NCBI GenBank assembly: GCA_038060895.1
Contig: JBBTCT010000014.1
Location: forward strand, 92,649-137,621
DNA: 44,973 nucleotides
From: Planctomycetota bacterium
GTDB taxonomy: Bacteria; Planctomycetota; MHYJ01; WSZJ01
Reading direction: 5' to 3'
Shown: piece after piece, positions 1 through 9,087 of the stretch
Layout: the number at the start of each line of letters is the position of its first letter
Position numbering within the stretch: the first letter of the stretch is position 1
The notes under the pieces: generated by a model
What the model saw: the letters and a program-made list of their open reading frames with translations, nothing else
Told to the model about the DNA's origin: nothing
Databases searched by the model: none
Position numbers and translations under genes: made by a program

Positions 1-2
1 CG

Positions 3-503
3 GGAGAAGCGAAGCCATGGAGTGGCCCGAGGCGTGAGGGTGGTGGCGACAGACCGTGGAGCGGGCCGAAGCGCGAAGGATCCGGGGGCGCGAAGCCGTG
101 GAGTGGTCCGCGCCGCGAGGGGGGCGGCGACAGACCGTGGAGCGGGCCCAAACGCGAAGGCGGGGGCGATCGGCCGTGGAGCGGCCCGAAGCGCGAAGGT
201 TCTGGTGGAGCAAAGCCGTGGAGTGGCCCGAAGCGCGAAGGATCGGGTGGAGCAAAACCGTGGAGCGGCCCGAGGCGTGAAGGCGGCAGCGACAGACCGT
301 GGAGCGGCCCGAAGCGTGAAGGGGGCGGCGACAGGCCTTCGAGCGGTCCGAGACGCGAAGGCGGCGGCGGCAAGCCGTGGAGTGGTCCGAAGCGTGAGGG
401 CGGAGGAGGCAAACCCTTCGGCGGCCCGCGCCGCGAAGGCGGCGGCAGCAAACCCTGGAGCGGCCCACGGCCCAGCGGCGGGCGCGGCGGCCGGCCGAAG
501 TAG
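3..503 (+). CDS. 3' end of a gene starting before the window; Gly/Arg-rich tail of 12 [KR]PWSGP[KR]REG(S)GG[DAG] repeats (typical of DEAD-box helicase or pseudouridine synthase tails)
   Basis: Frame 3 is open from base 3 to TAG 501-503 and reads GEAKPWSGPRREGGGDRPWSGPKREGSGGAK...GRGGRPK*. Repeat units differ mainly at synonymous positions in this frame. Missing from the ORF track because there is no start codon in the window. Confidence 0.85.
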   Translation, partial: GEAKPWSGPRREGGGDRPWSGPKREGSGGAKPWSGPRREGGGDRPWSGPKREGGGDRPWSGPKREGSGGAKPWSGPKREGSGGAKPWSGPRREGGSDRPWSGPKREGGGDRPSSGPRREGGGGKPWSGPKREGGGGKPFGGPRREGGGSKPWSGPRPSGGRGGRPK

Positions 504-522
504 CGCTTCGCACGCACTTTCG

Positions 523-551
523 TTGACACCCGGCGGGGCCCTTCACAAGAT
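523..551 (+). promoter_or_regulatory. sigma70-type promoter TTGACA-N17-CAAGAT upstream of the receiver gene
   Basis: TTGACA at 523-528, 17-nt spacer, CAAGAT at 546-551, in intergenic sequence. Confidence 0.55.
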
Positions 552-645
552 CCCGTCTCTGGCGGACTGTTCCAGGTCCCGGGGGGGGGAACCGGACGGT
601 CCATCGCGCCGGTCGCGCCGCCGGGATTCCCGAGGGAGAACCTTC

Positions 646-1038
646 ATGCCTGACGCAATCCGCACGGGGGCCGTCACCGTTCTGGTGCTCTACGAATCCG
701 ACACCGTGCGCCGCGCGCTGAGGTCTGCTCTCCTGCCGGCAGGCCTGGACGTGATCGAGGCGTCGTCGTTTCCGGAAGCGCAAACTGCGATGGATGCAGG
801 CGGCATCGGTCTCCTCGTGCTGGACGTGCAGCGGCCGACGACGGACGGCGTCGCGCTGGCGGGGGATTTCCGGACCCGGCCGGGGTTCGAGACGATCCCG
901 ATCGTCCTGCTCACTCCGGACTGGAGCGCGCGCGATCGCGGCACCGCCACGGCGGCCGGCGTCTCCGTCTGCCTCATCAAGCCTGTGCCGTCGGCGGTCG
1001 TGAAACAGACCGTGCTCGAACTTCTCGGGATGGCATAA
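646..1038 (+). CDS. stand-alone CheY-like response regulator receiver protein
   Basis: ATG 646 with GAGGGAG upstream. Receiver pattern LLVLD(phospho-site)VQRPTTDG...IPIVLLT...AGVSVCLIKP. The part of ORF 22..1038 upstream of 646 is a shadow of the repeat gene. Confidence 0.8.
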   Translation: MPDAIRTGAVTVLVLYESDTVRRALRSALLPAGLDVIEASSFPEAQTAMDAGGIGLLVLDVQRPTTDGVALAGDFRTRPGFETIPIVLLTPDWSARDRGTATAAGVSVCLIKPVPSAVVKQTVLELLGMA

Positions 1039-1100
1039 TCTCCCGCCCTGCGCCGCCCGGCGGCGCGACACTCTCAGTTCCCCGCTCCCGGAGACCCTCC

Positions 1101-3896
1101 ATGCGCTCGCTCCCCTGGCTCCCTCTCGCACTCGCCCTTTTCATCGCCGGCTGCGGCGGGGACCCGGAGACCTCGAGTGGTGGAGGCGGCGAAGGGGAAA
1201 AGCCGCGCCCGCCCGCGGGCGACGCCGGCTGGAAGAACATCCGCAAGCCGAGCGCGCCGCGCAACGCATGGGACATCGCTGCCGCCGTCGAATCACGCCA
1301 GCTCGAGAACGGGCTCACCGTCCTCATCCGCGAGCGCCACGGCGCGCCCGTCATCACCTGTGAACTCGCCTTCAAGGTCGGCGCCGTGGACGAGCGCGAC
1401 AGCGAACGCGGGATCGCTCACTTCCTCGAACACATGCTCTTCAAGGGCTCGACCAGTTTCAAGAAGGGCGAGATCGACCAGTACACGTCGAAAAACGGCG
1501 GCCAGAACAACGCATGGACCTCGCGCGACATGACCGCGTACCACTTCACGATGCCGTCCTCCGGCCTCGACGCGGCCCTCAAGATTCTCTACGAGATGCT
1601 GGGGCAGTCGACGCTGGACGAGAAGGAGTTCGAAGCGGAGAAGGGGCCGGTGCTGGAGGAACTGCGTTCCGGGCAGGACGACCCCTGGGACCGGCTTTGG
1701 GAGCGCTCGACGGCCGAGGTCTACGCGAAGCACCCGTACCACCATCCCGTGATCGGATACGAAGAAGAAATCAAGGCGATGACGCGGGCGCAGATGAAGG
1801 AGTTCTACGACAAGTACTACAAGCCCGCGAATGCGGTGCTGGTGATCGTGGGTGACGTGGATGCGGACACGACTTACGCGAAGGTGAAGGTGATGTTCGG
1901 GCAGATTGCTTCAGGGACGCCCGTGCCGAAACTGGACATCGTGGAGGCTCCGCAGGAGAAGGAAAAGCGCGTTGAAGTGCCGGAGGACGTCGAAGTTGAC
2001 CGGATGATCATCTCGTGGCGCGGCCCTGCCATCGGGCAGGACGACGATTACGTCTGCGACATCCTTTCGAGCGTGCTCGGCTCAGGACGGACCGCACGCC
2101 TGTACCGCCGCCTCGTCGAGACGGACCAGCTTGCTTCCGGCGCCGACGTGAGCAATTACAGCGGCCGTTTTCCCGGGACGTTCATGGTGCAGGTAGAAGC
2201 TCTCCCGGGCGCCGACCGCGCGAAGATCGAAGCGGCGATTGAAGACGAAATCACGAAGCTGTCGGCAGAGGGGCCGACGGCCGGCGAACTCGCGAAGGCT
2301 CGCAACGGGACGATTGCGGCCTTCATCTTCCGGGCGGAGAGTTCGAGCTCGATGGCGAACCTGCTGGCGACCAGCGTGTGCACGCAGTCTCTCGACGACC
2401 TGGGCGGGTACGTGTCGCGCATCGAAAAGGTGTCGGCCGAGGAGGTGAAGGCGACGGCAAAGCGGATTCTGCGGCCCCAGACACGCACGGTGTGCTGGTC
2501 GATCTCGAAGGGGGACAAGGACGGAATCGTGGACGGGACCGAGACAAAGGGTCTGCCTCCGGGGCCGGTTCAGAAGGACGGTGCGGCGCGGGGAGCAGGC
2601 GCGGCGGGCGTCAAGCTGTCGTCGGCGAAGCGCGTCGTGCTCGACAACGGGCTCATCCTGATCCTGCTCGAGAACCACGACCTGCCTGTTTTCGCGCTTC
2701 AGTCGTTCTGCCGCGCGAGCCAGCTGTACGAATCAGAGGACAACGCCGGGCTTGCGAACCTGGTCGGAAAGCTCCTCGAGGACGGTACGGCCGACGCGGA
2801 CGGGAAGCCGAAGCGCACGGCGGAGGACATCGCGGCGGCGATCGAGAACGTCGGCGGAAGGCTCTCGACGTCCGCGGCCGGTGTGGACGCGTCGGTGGTG
2901 GCCAAGGACCAGGATCTCGCTCTCGACATCGCCTTCGACATCCTTCAGCACGCGTCGTTCCCGGAGGCTTGGGTCGAACAGCGCCGCCAGATGACCCTGG
3001 CCGCGATCGCCGGGAAGAAGGACAACCCGCGCGAGCTGGCGCGGGAAGCCTATGCCGAAACGGTCTACGGCCGGCACCCGCTCCACCGCCCGGCCGACGG
3101 CTACGAGGACACCGTCAAGTCGCTCACCCGCGAGGACTGCCTCGCGCACTTCCGGAAGTACTTCGTCCCCAACAACACGACCGTCGCCATCGTCGGCGAC
3201 TTCGACTCCGCGAAAATTGAGGCGCGGATCCGCGAGCTCACGAAGTCGTGGAAGGTCGGGCTGCTCGATTTCCCGGAGTTCGCGCCCGCCGTGAAGTCCG
3301 CGCAAGGCGGCGCCAAAGGCGTGCCGCTTCCCAATGCCAAGCAGGTGAACGTGTTCATCGGCCACATCGGCATCCGCCGCAACGATCCGGACTTTTTCAC
3401 CCTTCAGGTGATGGACAACGTGCTCGGGACGGGAAGCGGCTTCACGGACCGGATGTCGCGGACGATCCGGGACGAGAAGGGGCTGGTGTACGCGGTGAGC
3501 GCGAATATTTCGTACAGCGCGGGCATCGAGCCGGGGACGTTCCGGGCGTTCTTCGCGACCAAGCCGGTGCAGTTCGAGATGGCGAAGTCGATGGTGCTGG
3601 CGGAGATCGAGCGGATCCGGAAGGAGATCGTTCCGGTGGAAGAGCTGGAGGCGGCGAAGGCGTACCTGACGGGGAGTTTTGCGCTCGAGATGGAAACTAA
3701 TGCGCAGCTCGCGGACATGCTGATCCTGGTTGAGCGGAACGGGCTGGGGTTGGACTATCCGGAGAAGTACGCGGAGCGGATCCGCGCGGTCACGGCCGCG
3801 CAAGTGCTGGCGGCGGCGCAGAAGCATCTGGATCCGAAGGCGTTGTGGATGGTGGTGAGCGGGCCGGTGGACGAGAAGGGGGAGTTGAAGAAATGA
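1101..3896 (+). CDS. M16 family zinc peptidase (fused active + inactive halves), probable lipoprotein
   Basis: GIAHFLEHMLFKGS (HxxEH), NAWTSRD.T.Y, second LDNGL half without the Zn motif, N-terminal LFIAGC lipobox. Confidence 0.92.
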   Translation: MRSLPWLPLALALFIAGCGGDPETSSGGGGEGEKPRPPAGDAGWKNIRKPSAPRNAWDIAAAVESRQLENGLTVLIRERHGAPVITCELAFKVGAVDERDSERGIAHFLEHMLFKGSTSFKKGEIDQYTSKNGGQNNAWTSRDMTAYHFTMPSSGLDAALKILYEMLGQSTLDEKEFEAEKGPVLEELRSGQDDPWDRLWERSTAEVYAKHPYHHPVIGYEEEIKAMTRAQMKEFYDKYYKPANAVLVIVGDVDADTTYAKVKVMFGQIASGTPVPKLDIVEAPQEKEKRVEVPEDVEVDRMIISWRGPAIGQDDDYVCDILSSVLGSGRTARLYRRLVETDQLASGADVSNYSGRFPGTFMVQVEALPGADRAKIEAAIEDEITKLSAEGPTAGELAKARNGTIAAFIFRAESSSSMANLLATSVCTQSLDDLGGYVSRIEKVSAEEVKATAKRILRPQTRTVCWSISKGDKDGIVDGTETKGLPPGPVQKDGAARGAGAAGVKLSSAKRVVLDNGLILILLENHDLPVFALQSFCRASQLYESEDNAGLANLVGKLLEDGTADADGKPKRTAEDIAAAIENVGGRLSTSAAGVDASVVAKDQDLALDIAFDILQHASFPEAWVEQRRQMTLAAIAGKKDNPRELAREAYAETVYGRHPLHRPADGYEDTVKSLTREDCLAHFRKYFVPNNTTVAIVGDFDSAKIEARIRELTKSWKVGLLDFPEFAPAVKSAQGGAKGVPLPNAKQVNVFIGHIGIRRNDPDFFTLQVMDNVLGTGSGFTDRMSRTIRDEKGLVYAVSANISYSAGIEPGTFRAFFATKPVQFEMAKSMVLAEIERIRKEIVPVEELEAAKAYLTGSFALEMETNAQLADMLILVERNGLGLDYPEKYAERIRAVTAAQVLAAAQKHLDPKALWMVVSGPVDEKGELKK

Positions 3897-3936
3897 GCTC
3901 TCGATCCTGGTCCTGCCACGGCCTTCGTGCCGATCG

Positions 3937-4614
3937 CTAAAACCTCAACACCAGGTAAGCCCCCACCGTCCAGTAATCCAGATTGATCCTCGCCGGAAGT
4001 TCATCCAGCAATTCGCTCACGTGCAGGTCGTTCCCGACCCAGTTGTAGATCCACTCGACGCCAAACGTCAGGCGTGAATCCGGAGCGCCGAATTCGATCG
4101 CCGCGCCGCCCCTCACGATGACTCCTCCGCGCCGCCCTTTCAGCTCGATCGCAGGATCCGCTTCCTCCCGCAAAGTCCTCACCCCGAACCCCGCGCCGCC
4201 GATGATGAGGGGGCGGCACCAGGGCCACGGCCACGGGATGATCTTGTCGATGTTCGTGACGTCGATGCGCAGCTCTGCATAGAAAGCGTAGAAGCGCATG
4301 CGCCCCAGATCGACCGTGGTTCCCTCGTAGCTGCGCACGGACAGGTTCGTCTGGTAGAAGTCCGCGCCCACCTCGAGTTCCGCCCAGCGATTCATGCGGA
4401 AGCCGATGCGCAACCCGCCGCCGCCGGTGTCGTCGACGTCGCGGTGCTGATTGAAGTGTGCCCATTCGGCGTGTGCGGTAATCGCGAAGCGATTTGGAAT
4501 GTAGGAATCTTCCTCCGTTTCGTCCTCGGTGGCCTCGTCAGGGGCGGAATCGATCGCGAGGGCGGGGGATGCGGCGAAGGCGAGCAGGAGGGCGGTGATG
4601 CGCGGGAGGCGCAT
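3937..4614 (-). CDS. outer-membrane beta-barrel domain protein
   Basis: Signal peptide MRLPRITALLLAFAASPALA, GGGLRIGFRM strand, alternating amphipathic strands, C-terminal YLVLRF. Confidence 0.7.
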   Translation of the reverse strand: MRLPRITALLLAFAASPALAIDSAPDEATEDETEEDSYIPNRFAITAHAEWAHFNQHRDVDDTGGGGLRIGFRMNRWAELEVGADFYQTNLSVRSYEGTTVDLGRMRFYAFYAELRIDVTNIDKIIPWPWPWCRPLIIGGAGFGVRTLREEADPAIELKGRRGGVIVRGGAAIEFGAPDSRLTFGVEWIYNWVGNDLHVSELLDELPARINLDYWTVGAYLVLRF

Positions 4615-4751
4615 TGGGGAGACCTCTCTGGAAGGGGGGACGGCTGAGCAGGGGAAATGTACGGGGCGAGGAACGGCAACGAAACGAAAAACGAAGCCCA
4701 CACCGGGCCGACGCAGGCTGACCCGCCGGATTTTTTCTCACGCTCTAATGC

Positions 4752-4778
4752 TTGCGAGCACCCGGGCCTCTCTATAAT
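4752..4778 (+). promoter_or_regulatory. putative carA-purA promoter (perfect TATAAT -10)
   Basis: TATAAT at 4773-4778 in GC-rich intergenic DNA; TTGCGA at 4752-4757 is a possible -35 with a short 15-nt spacer. Confidence 0.45.
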
Positions 4779-4840
4779 GTCCCGGCGTCGCGGGCATTCG
4801 CCCGCCGCCACGACGAGTCATCGACACCTAAGGGCTGGAA

Positions 4841-5968
4841 ATGCGCGCCAAGCTCGCGCTGGAAGACGGGACGGTCTTCAACGGGACTTCTTTCGGCGCC
4901 GAAGGCGAACGCTTTGGCGAGGTGGTCTTCAACACCTCGATGTCCGGGTACCAGGAGATCCTGACGGATCCGTCGTACCGCGGGCAGATCGTCACCATGA
5001 CGTACCCGCTGATCGGGAATTACGGGGTCAACGGCGAGGACATCGAAGCGCGCGGACCGCAGGCCGAGGGATTCGTGGTGCGCGAGGCGTCGCGCGTCCG
5101 CTCGAACTTCCGCTCCACCGAGGACCTCGCCACCTATCTGAAGAAAGCGGGCGTCGTCGGCATCGAGGGCGTGGATACCCGGCTCGTCACGCTCCGGCTC
5201 CGGCAGCACGGAGCTCTCCGCGGCGTCATCTCCACGACCGACCTCGACGACACGAACCTCGTGAAGAAGGCGAAAGAATCGCCCGGGATGGCGGGGCGCG
5301 ACCTGGTGAAGGAAGTCACGCCGAAGCAGTCGTACGCGTGGACGGAGCGGACCGAGGGACCGCTGGCGCCGGCGGCGCTTCCTTCCTCAGCTCCCGACCT
5401 CTATCGCGTCGCCGCGCTCGACTACGGCGTGAAGTACAGCTCGCTGCGACACCTCACGCGTCTCGGTTGCAAGCTCACGGTCCTTCCAGCCACTGCGACG
5501 GGGAAACAGGTGCTCGACCTCAAACCCGACGGCGTCTTTCTGTCTAACGGCCCCGGCGACCCCGCCGCGCTCGATTACGCCGCTTCCTGCGTGCGCGAAC
5601 TCGCGGGCAAAGTCCCGATCTTTGGCATCTGCCTCGGACACCAGATCGTCGCCCACGCGATGGGCGGCAAGACCTTCAAGCTGAAATTCGGGCACCACGG
5701 CGGCAATCACCCGGTCAAGGACCTCAAGACCGGCAAAGTCGAGATCACGGCCCAGAACCATGGGTTCGCGGTCGATCCCGACTCCCTCGGAAAAACAGGA
5801 TTGGAAGTCACCCACATCAACCTCAACGACCAGACCGTCGAGGGCATGGCCCACAAATCCCTGCCGCTCTTCTGCGTCCAGTACCACCCCGAGGCAGGCC
5901 CCGGCCCCCACGACTCCCTGTACCTCTTCCGCAAATTCATCCAGATGATGACGGACCGCGCGAAATGA
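4841..5968 (+). CDS. carA: carbamoyl-phosphate synthase small subunit
   Basis: GEVVFNTSMSGYQEILTDPSY, LSNGPGDP, FGICLGHQ, QYHPEAGPGPHD. Confidence 0.98.
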   Translation: MRAKLALEDGTVFNGTSFGAEGERFGEVVFNTSMSGYQEILTDPSYRGQIVTMTYPLIGNYGVNGEDIEARGPQAEGFVVREASRVRSNFRSTEDLATYLKKAGVVGIEGVDTRLVTLRLRQHGALRGVISTTDLDDTNLVKKAKESPGMAGRDLVKEVTPKQSYAWTERTEGPLAPAALPSSAPDLYRVAALDYGVKYSSLRHLTRLGCKLTVLPATATGKQVLDLKPDGVFLSNGPGDPAALDYAASCVRELAGKVPIFGICLGHQIVAHAMGGKTFKLKFGHHGGNHPVKDLKTGKVEITAQNHGFAVDPDSLGKTGLEVTHINLNDQTVEGMAHKSLPLFCVQYHPEAGPGPHDSLYLFRKFIQMMTDRAK

Positions 5969-7242
5969 GCGTGCGCTGCGTCATCGGGGTGCAGTGGGGC
6001 GACGAGGGGAAGGGGAAAATCGTCGATCTGCTCGCGGAGGAAAGCGACGTCGTCGTCCGCTACCAGGGCGGCGGCAACGCGGGACACACGGTTGTCGTCG
6101 GCCGCGAGAAGTTCGTGCTGCACCTGATCCCGAGCGGGATCCTCCACGGAAGAGCCTGCGTCGTCGGCAACGGAGTGGTCGTCGATCCCGAGCAGCTTTT
6201 CGCGGAAATCGCGGACCTCGAGGAAAAGGGCGTCAAGGTCAAGGGGCGCCTCTTCGTTTCCGACCGCGCCAACGTCGTCTTCCCGTACCACAAGGCCCTC
6301 GACCGCGCCGGCGAGCTGAAGCGCGGCATCACGAAGATCGGCACCACCGGGCGCGGCATCGGCCCCTGTTACGCCGACAAGTACGCGCGCAACGGCATCC
6401 GCGTCATCGACCTCTACGACCTCAAGGTTTTTGCCGGGCGCCTCCGCGTCAATATCGAGGAGAAGAATTATCTCCTGGCCGGCCTCGGCGCCGAAACGCT
6501 CGAGTACGACCACGTGTTCCGCGAGTACTCCGCGTTTGCGAAACGGCTGAAGCCCTTCGTCGCCGACACGGTGACGATGGTGAACGATGCGATCGACCAC
6601 AAGAAGCGGGTGCTCTTCGAAGCGGCCCAGGGCGCGCTTCTCAACATCGACCACGGTACCTATCCGTACGTGACGAGCTCCAACAGCGACGCGACCGGCC
6701 TGTCGAGCGGCGCCGGCGTCCCGCCCGGCTGCGTCCGCGACGTGATCGGCGTCGCGAAGGCCTACACGACGCGCGTCGGAAGCGGCCCGTTCCCGACGGA
6801 GCTGGACGACGCCGTCGGCGAGAAGATCCGCCAGGTTGGCGCCGAGTTCGGCTCCACCACCGGCCGCCCGCGCAGGACGGGATGGTTCGATCTCGTCGGC
6901 AGCCGCCACGCGATTCGCACCAGCGGCGTCACCGAGCTCGCGATCACAAAGCTCGACGTCCTCGACGGCTTCGACACGATCCGCGTCTGCACTGGCTACA
7001 AGGTCGGCAAGAAGACCATCACCGCGTTCCCCGCGGACCTCACGTCGCTCGAAAACGCGAAGCCCGTCTACAAGGATGTGCGCGGCTGGGGCGCGACGAC
7101 TTCGGCGAGAAAGCTGGTCGATCTCCCTGCCGAAGCCCGTGCCTACCTGCGCCTGCTGGAGCGCGAGCTCGGCTGCGTCGTGTCGATGGTCAGCGTCGGG
7201 CCGGAGCGGAGGCAGACGGTGCTGACGGGCGGGAAGCTGTAG
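5965..7242 (+). CDS. purA: adenylosuccinate synthetase
   Basis: QWGDEGKGKIVD, GGGNAGHT, IGTTGRGIGP, GTYPYVTSS, TTGRPRRTGWFD; ATGA overlap with carA. Confidence 0.98.
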   Translation: MSVRCVIGVQWGDEGKGKIVDLLAEESDVVVRYQGGGNAGHTVVVGREKFVLHLIPSGILHGRACVVGNGVVVDPEQLFAEIADLEEKGVKVKGRLFVSDRANVVFPYHKALDRAGELKRGITKIGTTGRGIGPCYADKYARNGIRVIDLYDLKVFAGRLRVNIEEKNYLLAGLGAETLEYDHVFREYSAFAKRLKPFVADTVTMVNDAIDHKKRVLFEAAQGALLNIDHGTYPYVTSSNSDATGLSSGAGVPPGCVRDVIGVAKAYTTRVGSGPFPTELDDAVGEKIRQVGAEFGSTTGRPRRTGWFDLVGSRHAIRTSGVTELAITKLDVLDGFDTIRVCTGYKVGKKTITAFPADLTSLENAKPVYKDVRGWGATTSARKLVDLPAEARAYLRLLERELGCVVSMVSVGPERRQTVLTGGKL

Positions 7243-7305
7243 CACCTGGGCGGTTTCGGAAGGCTTCCTACGATCTGCACTGTCGCGACGCCAGGTCGAC
7301 CTGAC

Positions 7306-7770
7306 TCATTTCCCCGCTCGCGCCGCAATTACAGTCTCTCTTGTGGGCGGCGGGTCCATGAACGTCGCGTCCACGACGAAAGTGATCGGGAATACCTGGT
7401 CGATGGAAAGCCCAAAGTGCGCCACAAATCTGCGGTTCTGACCTTCGTGGACGGGAACCGGAAGAGGCTTCGAGTCCAGGAACACGGTCAGAGCCGCGGG
7501 ACCAGATGTTCCGTTTGCTTCGCACATTCCGACAGCCCGATGATGCCTGCCGTTGGCGAAGCGGGCGTCGCAGAGACACCACACTTCCCCTGCCTCAAAG
7601 GGTACCTGACGGTTTGCTCCCAGTCGCACCGGTGCAATAGGCCCTTCCGGATCACGAATGTCCTCCGGAACGTAAGCCCACACTGGATACTCGAGGAGGT
7701 CGGCGCAGGTCAGATCGTGAAATGGCTTCGTGAATTCGAGCCGAAGGACGCTGACATCGCCCGCCGACAT
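7306..7770 (-). CDS. hypothetical protein
   Basis: 154-aa ORF with protein-like composition (KPFHDLTCADLLEYPVW...QVFPITF) in a visibly lower-GC patch; start uncertain. Confidence 0.55.
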   Translation of the reverse strand: MSAGDVSVLRLEFTKPFHDLTCADLLEYPVWAYVPEDIRDPEGPIAPVRLGANRQVPFEAGEVWCLCDARFANGRHHRAVGMCEANGTSGPAALTVFLDSKPLPVPVHEGQNRRFVAHFGLSIDQVFPITFVVDATFMDPPPTRETVIAARAGK

Positions 7771-7950
7771 GGAACTGTCCTTTCTGTGCCTGACCGCAAG
7801 GTCCGCACTGCCGCCACAAGATTTCTCAGTGGCAGATGAACTGGCTTACCAAATCGTCCAGCGCTGGCCTTGAGCTGCATTTCCGCGGATCTGAATGCCA
7901 CGTGTCTCCGTCGAAAATCACAAGTCAGCGGACAAGATGCAGCCGCGAAC

Positions 7951-8217
7951 TCACCGCCCGACGGCCGCAAACGACTTCTCCAGGCTCAGAAAGTCCACCT
8001 GTCCGGCCTCGGCTGGGAGGCGTACCTCCGGGGGGATCTTCTTCGACATCAAGTGGAGCATTCCCGGCTTGAGCGCCTCGATGCCGACGACGTTGTCCTT
8101 CTCGTCCAGGTCCACGATGAGCGCATTCTCGATGAGCTCGATCGTCCGGTGCACCTTGGCGGTGCCGAAACGGATGTAGAGAGCGCCGACCGGGTCGACT
8201 TCGACGACGATGCTCAT
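7951..8217 (-). CDS. DUF2283-like small protein (putative antitoxin)
   Basis: D...ALYIRF...TIEL....IVDLDEKDNVVGIEAL pattern; ATG 8217 overlaps the upstream stop (ATGA). Confidence 0.75.
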   Translation of the reverse strand: MSIVVEVDPVGALYIRFGTAKVHRTIELIENALIVDLDEKDNVVGIEALKPGMLHLMSKKIPPEVRLPAEAGQVDFLSLEKSFAAVGR

Positions 8218-8447
8218 GGGCGCTTCTCCACGGGATAGACGGTGATGATCAGCGCGTCGTCTCCCTGACGAATGAAGTGTACCTTGATTCTCCGGGCGCC
8301 GATCTCGCCAATCGCGACCGTGCGTCCAGGGATCTCCTGGTCCGGGAATTCGATTTCGGGCCGATCCAGAACCGCTCGAATGTCGTGCTCGCTGATGTTG
8401 CGTTCGCGCATCCGTTTGAGCGCGTGTGGGGCGATGATCAATTGCAT
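8214..8447 (-). CDS. DUF4258-like small protein (putative RelE-fold toxin)
   Basis: HALKRMRERNISEHDIRAVL...IKVHF...IITVYP pattern; GGAG upstream of ATG 8447. Confidence 0.75.
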   Translation of the reverse strand: MQLIIAPHALKRMRERNISEHDIRAVLDRPEIEFPDQEIPGRTVAIGEIGARRIKVHFIRQGDDALIITVYPVEKRP

Positions 8448-8670
8448 GACGACTCCCGGGAAACCTAGCTGCCCAGCCAACGAGTTCGAAGCGGTTCTTC
8501 GAGCGCCGGTTCAGGGCCAACCCGGCGAGCCTACGGATCGATAGGGCTAAACGCAATCCCCTCCAAACCGCAGCTCACGAACGACCATGAAAAACGGAAG
8601 TTGAAGTGCAGGATTTCATGGATGCGAAAACGAGAACGTATGCCGATCTCCGCGGCTAAGCTCACTTCCT

Positions 8671-9084
8671 GTGACCAATTCCCACGCTCACCCGCCAGGG
8701 GGCGACCCCCGGAAGTCGGCGACAAGTTCGCAGCGCCTGAAGCCCGCCGCGAGGCCGGCGCGCGAAATCCCCTACGCTTCGCTGGCCGCGGACTACGTGC
8801 GCTTCCGCTGCCATTGCGGCCGGGTCCTGCAGGCGGTCGAGGGGATGGAAGGGCACAACGTGCGGTGCCCGGTGTGCCAGGAGGTGGAAGTGGTTCCGGG
8901 GGCGCCGGTTGAAGAGGCGATTCCCGTGCTCGCGCCGATGAAGGCGAAGCACGAGTCGAAGATCCCGGAGCTGGCGCCGATGGACGACGCGGTGGCGGAG
9001 GTGGAGCCGATGCCCGCGGACGACGGGGAAGTGCCGGAGCTGAAGCCTATGACGGACGGCGAGGGACCGGCGACGCCGCAGTAG
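8671..9084 (+). CDS. hypothetical protein with zinc-ribbon (C-x-C...C-x2-C) and acidic low-complexity tail
   Basis: VRFRCHCGRVL...VRCPVCQ followed by repeated P[EV]L[AK]PM motifs; typical GC3-rich codons. Confidence 0.65.
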   Translation: MTNSHAHPPGGDPRKSATSSQRLKPAARPAREIPYASLAADYVRFRCHCGRVLQAVEGMEGHNVRCPVCQEVEVVPGAPVEEAIPVLAPMKAKHESKIPELAPMDDAVAEVEPMPADDGEVPELKPMTDGEGPATPQ

Positions 9085-9087
9085 GGC

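Noticed and set aside
1-500. Possible CRISPR array (regular ~39-42-nt periodicity)
   Set aside because: Units are multiples of 3, vary at synonymous positions and have no unique spacers; this is a coding peptide repeat
22-645. N-terminal 208 aa of ORF 22..1038
   Set aside because: Shadow frame of the repeat tail plus intergenic DNA containing a TTGACA promoter; the receiver domain starts at ATG 646
8480-8600. Possible c-di-GMP-I riboswitch (GGGCCAACC...ACGCAA-like words)
   Set aside because: The GNRA-capped P2 stem and the spacing of conserved blocks do not fit; an Rfam scan would be needed
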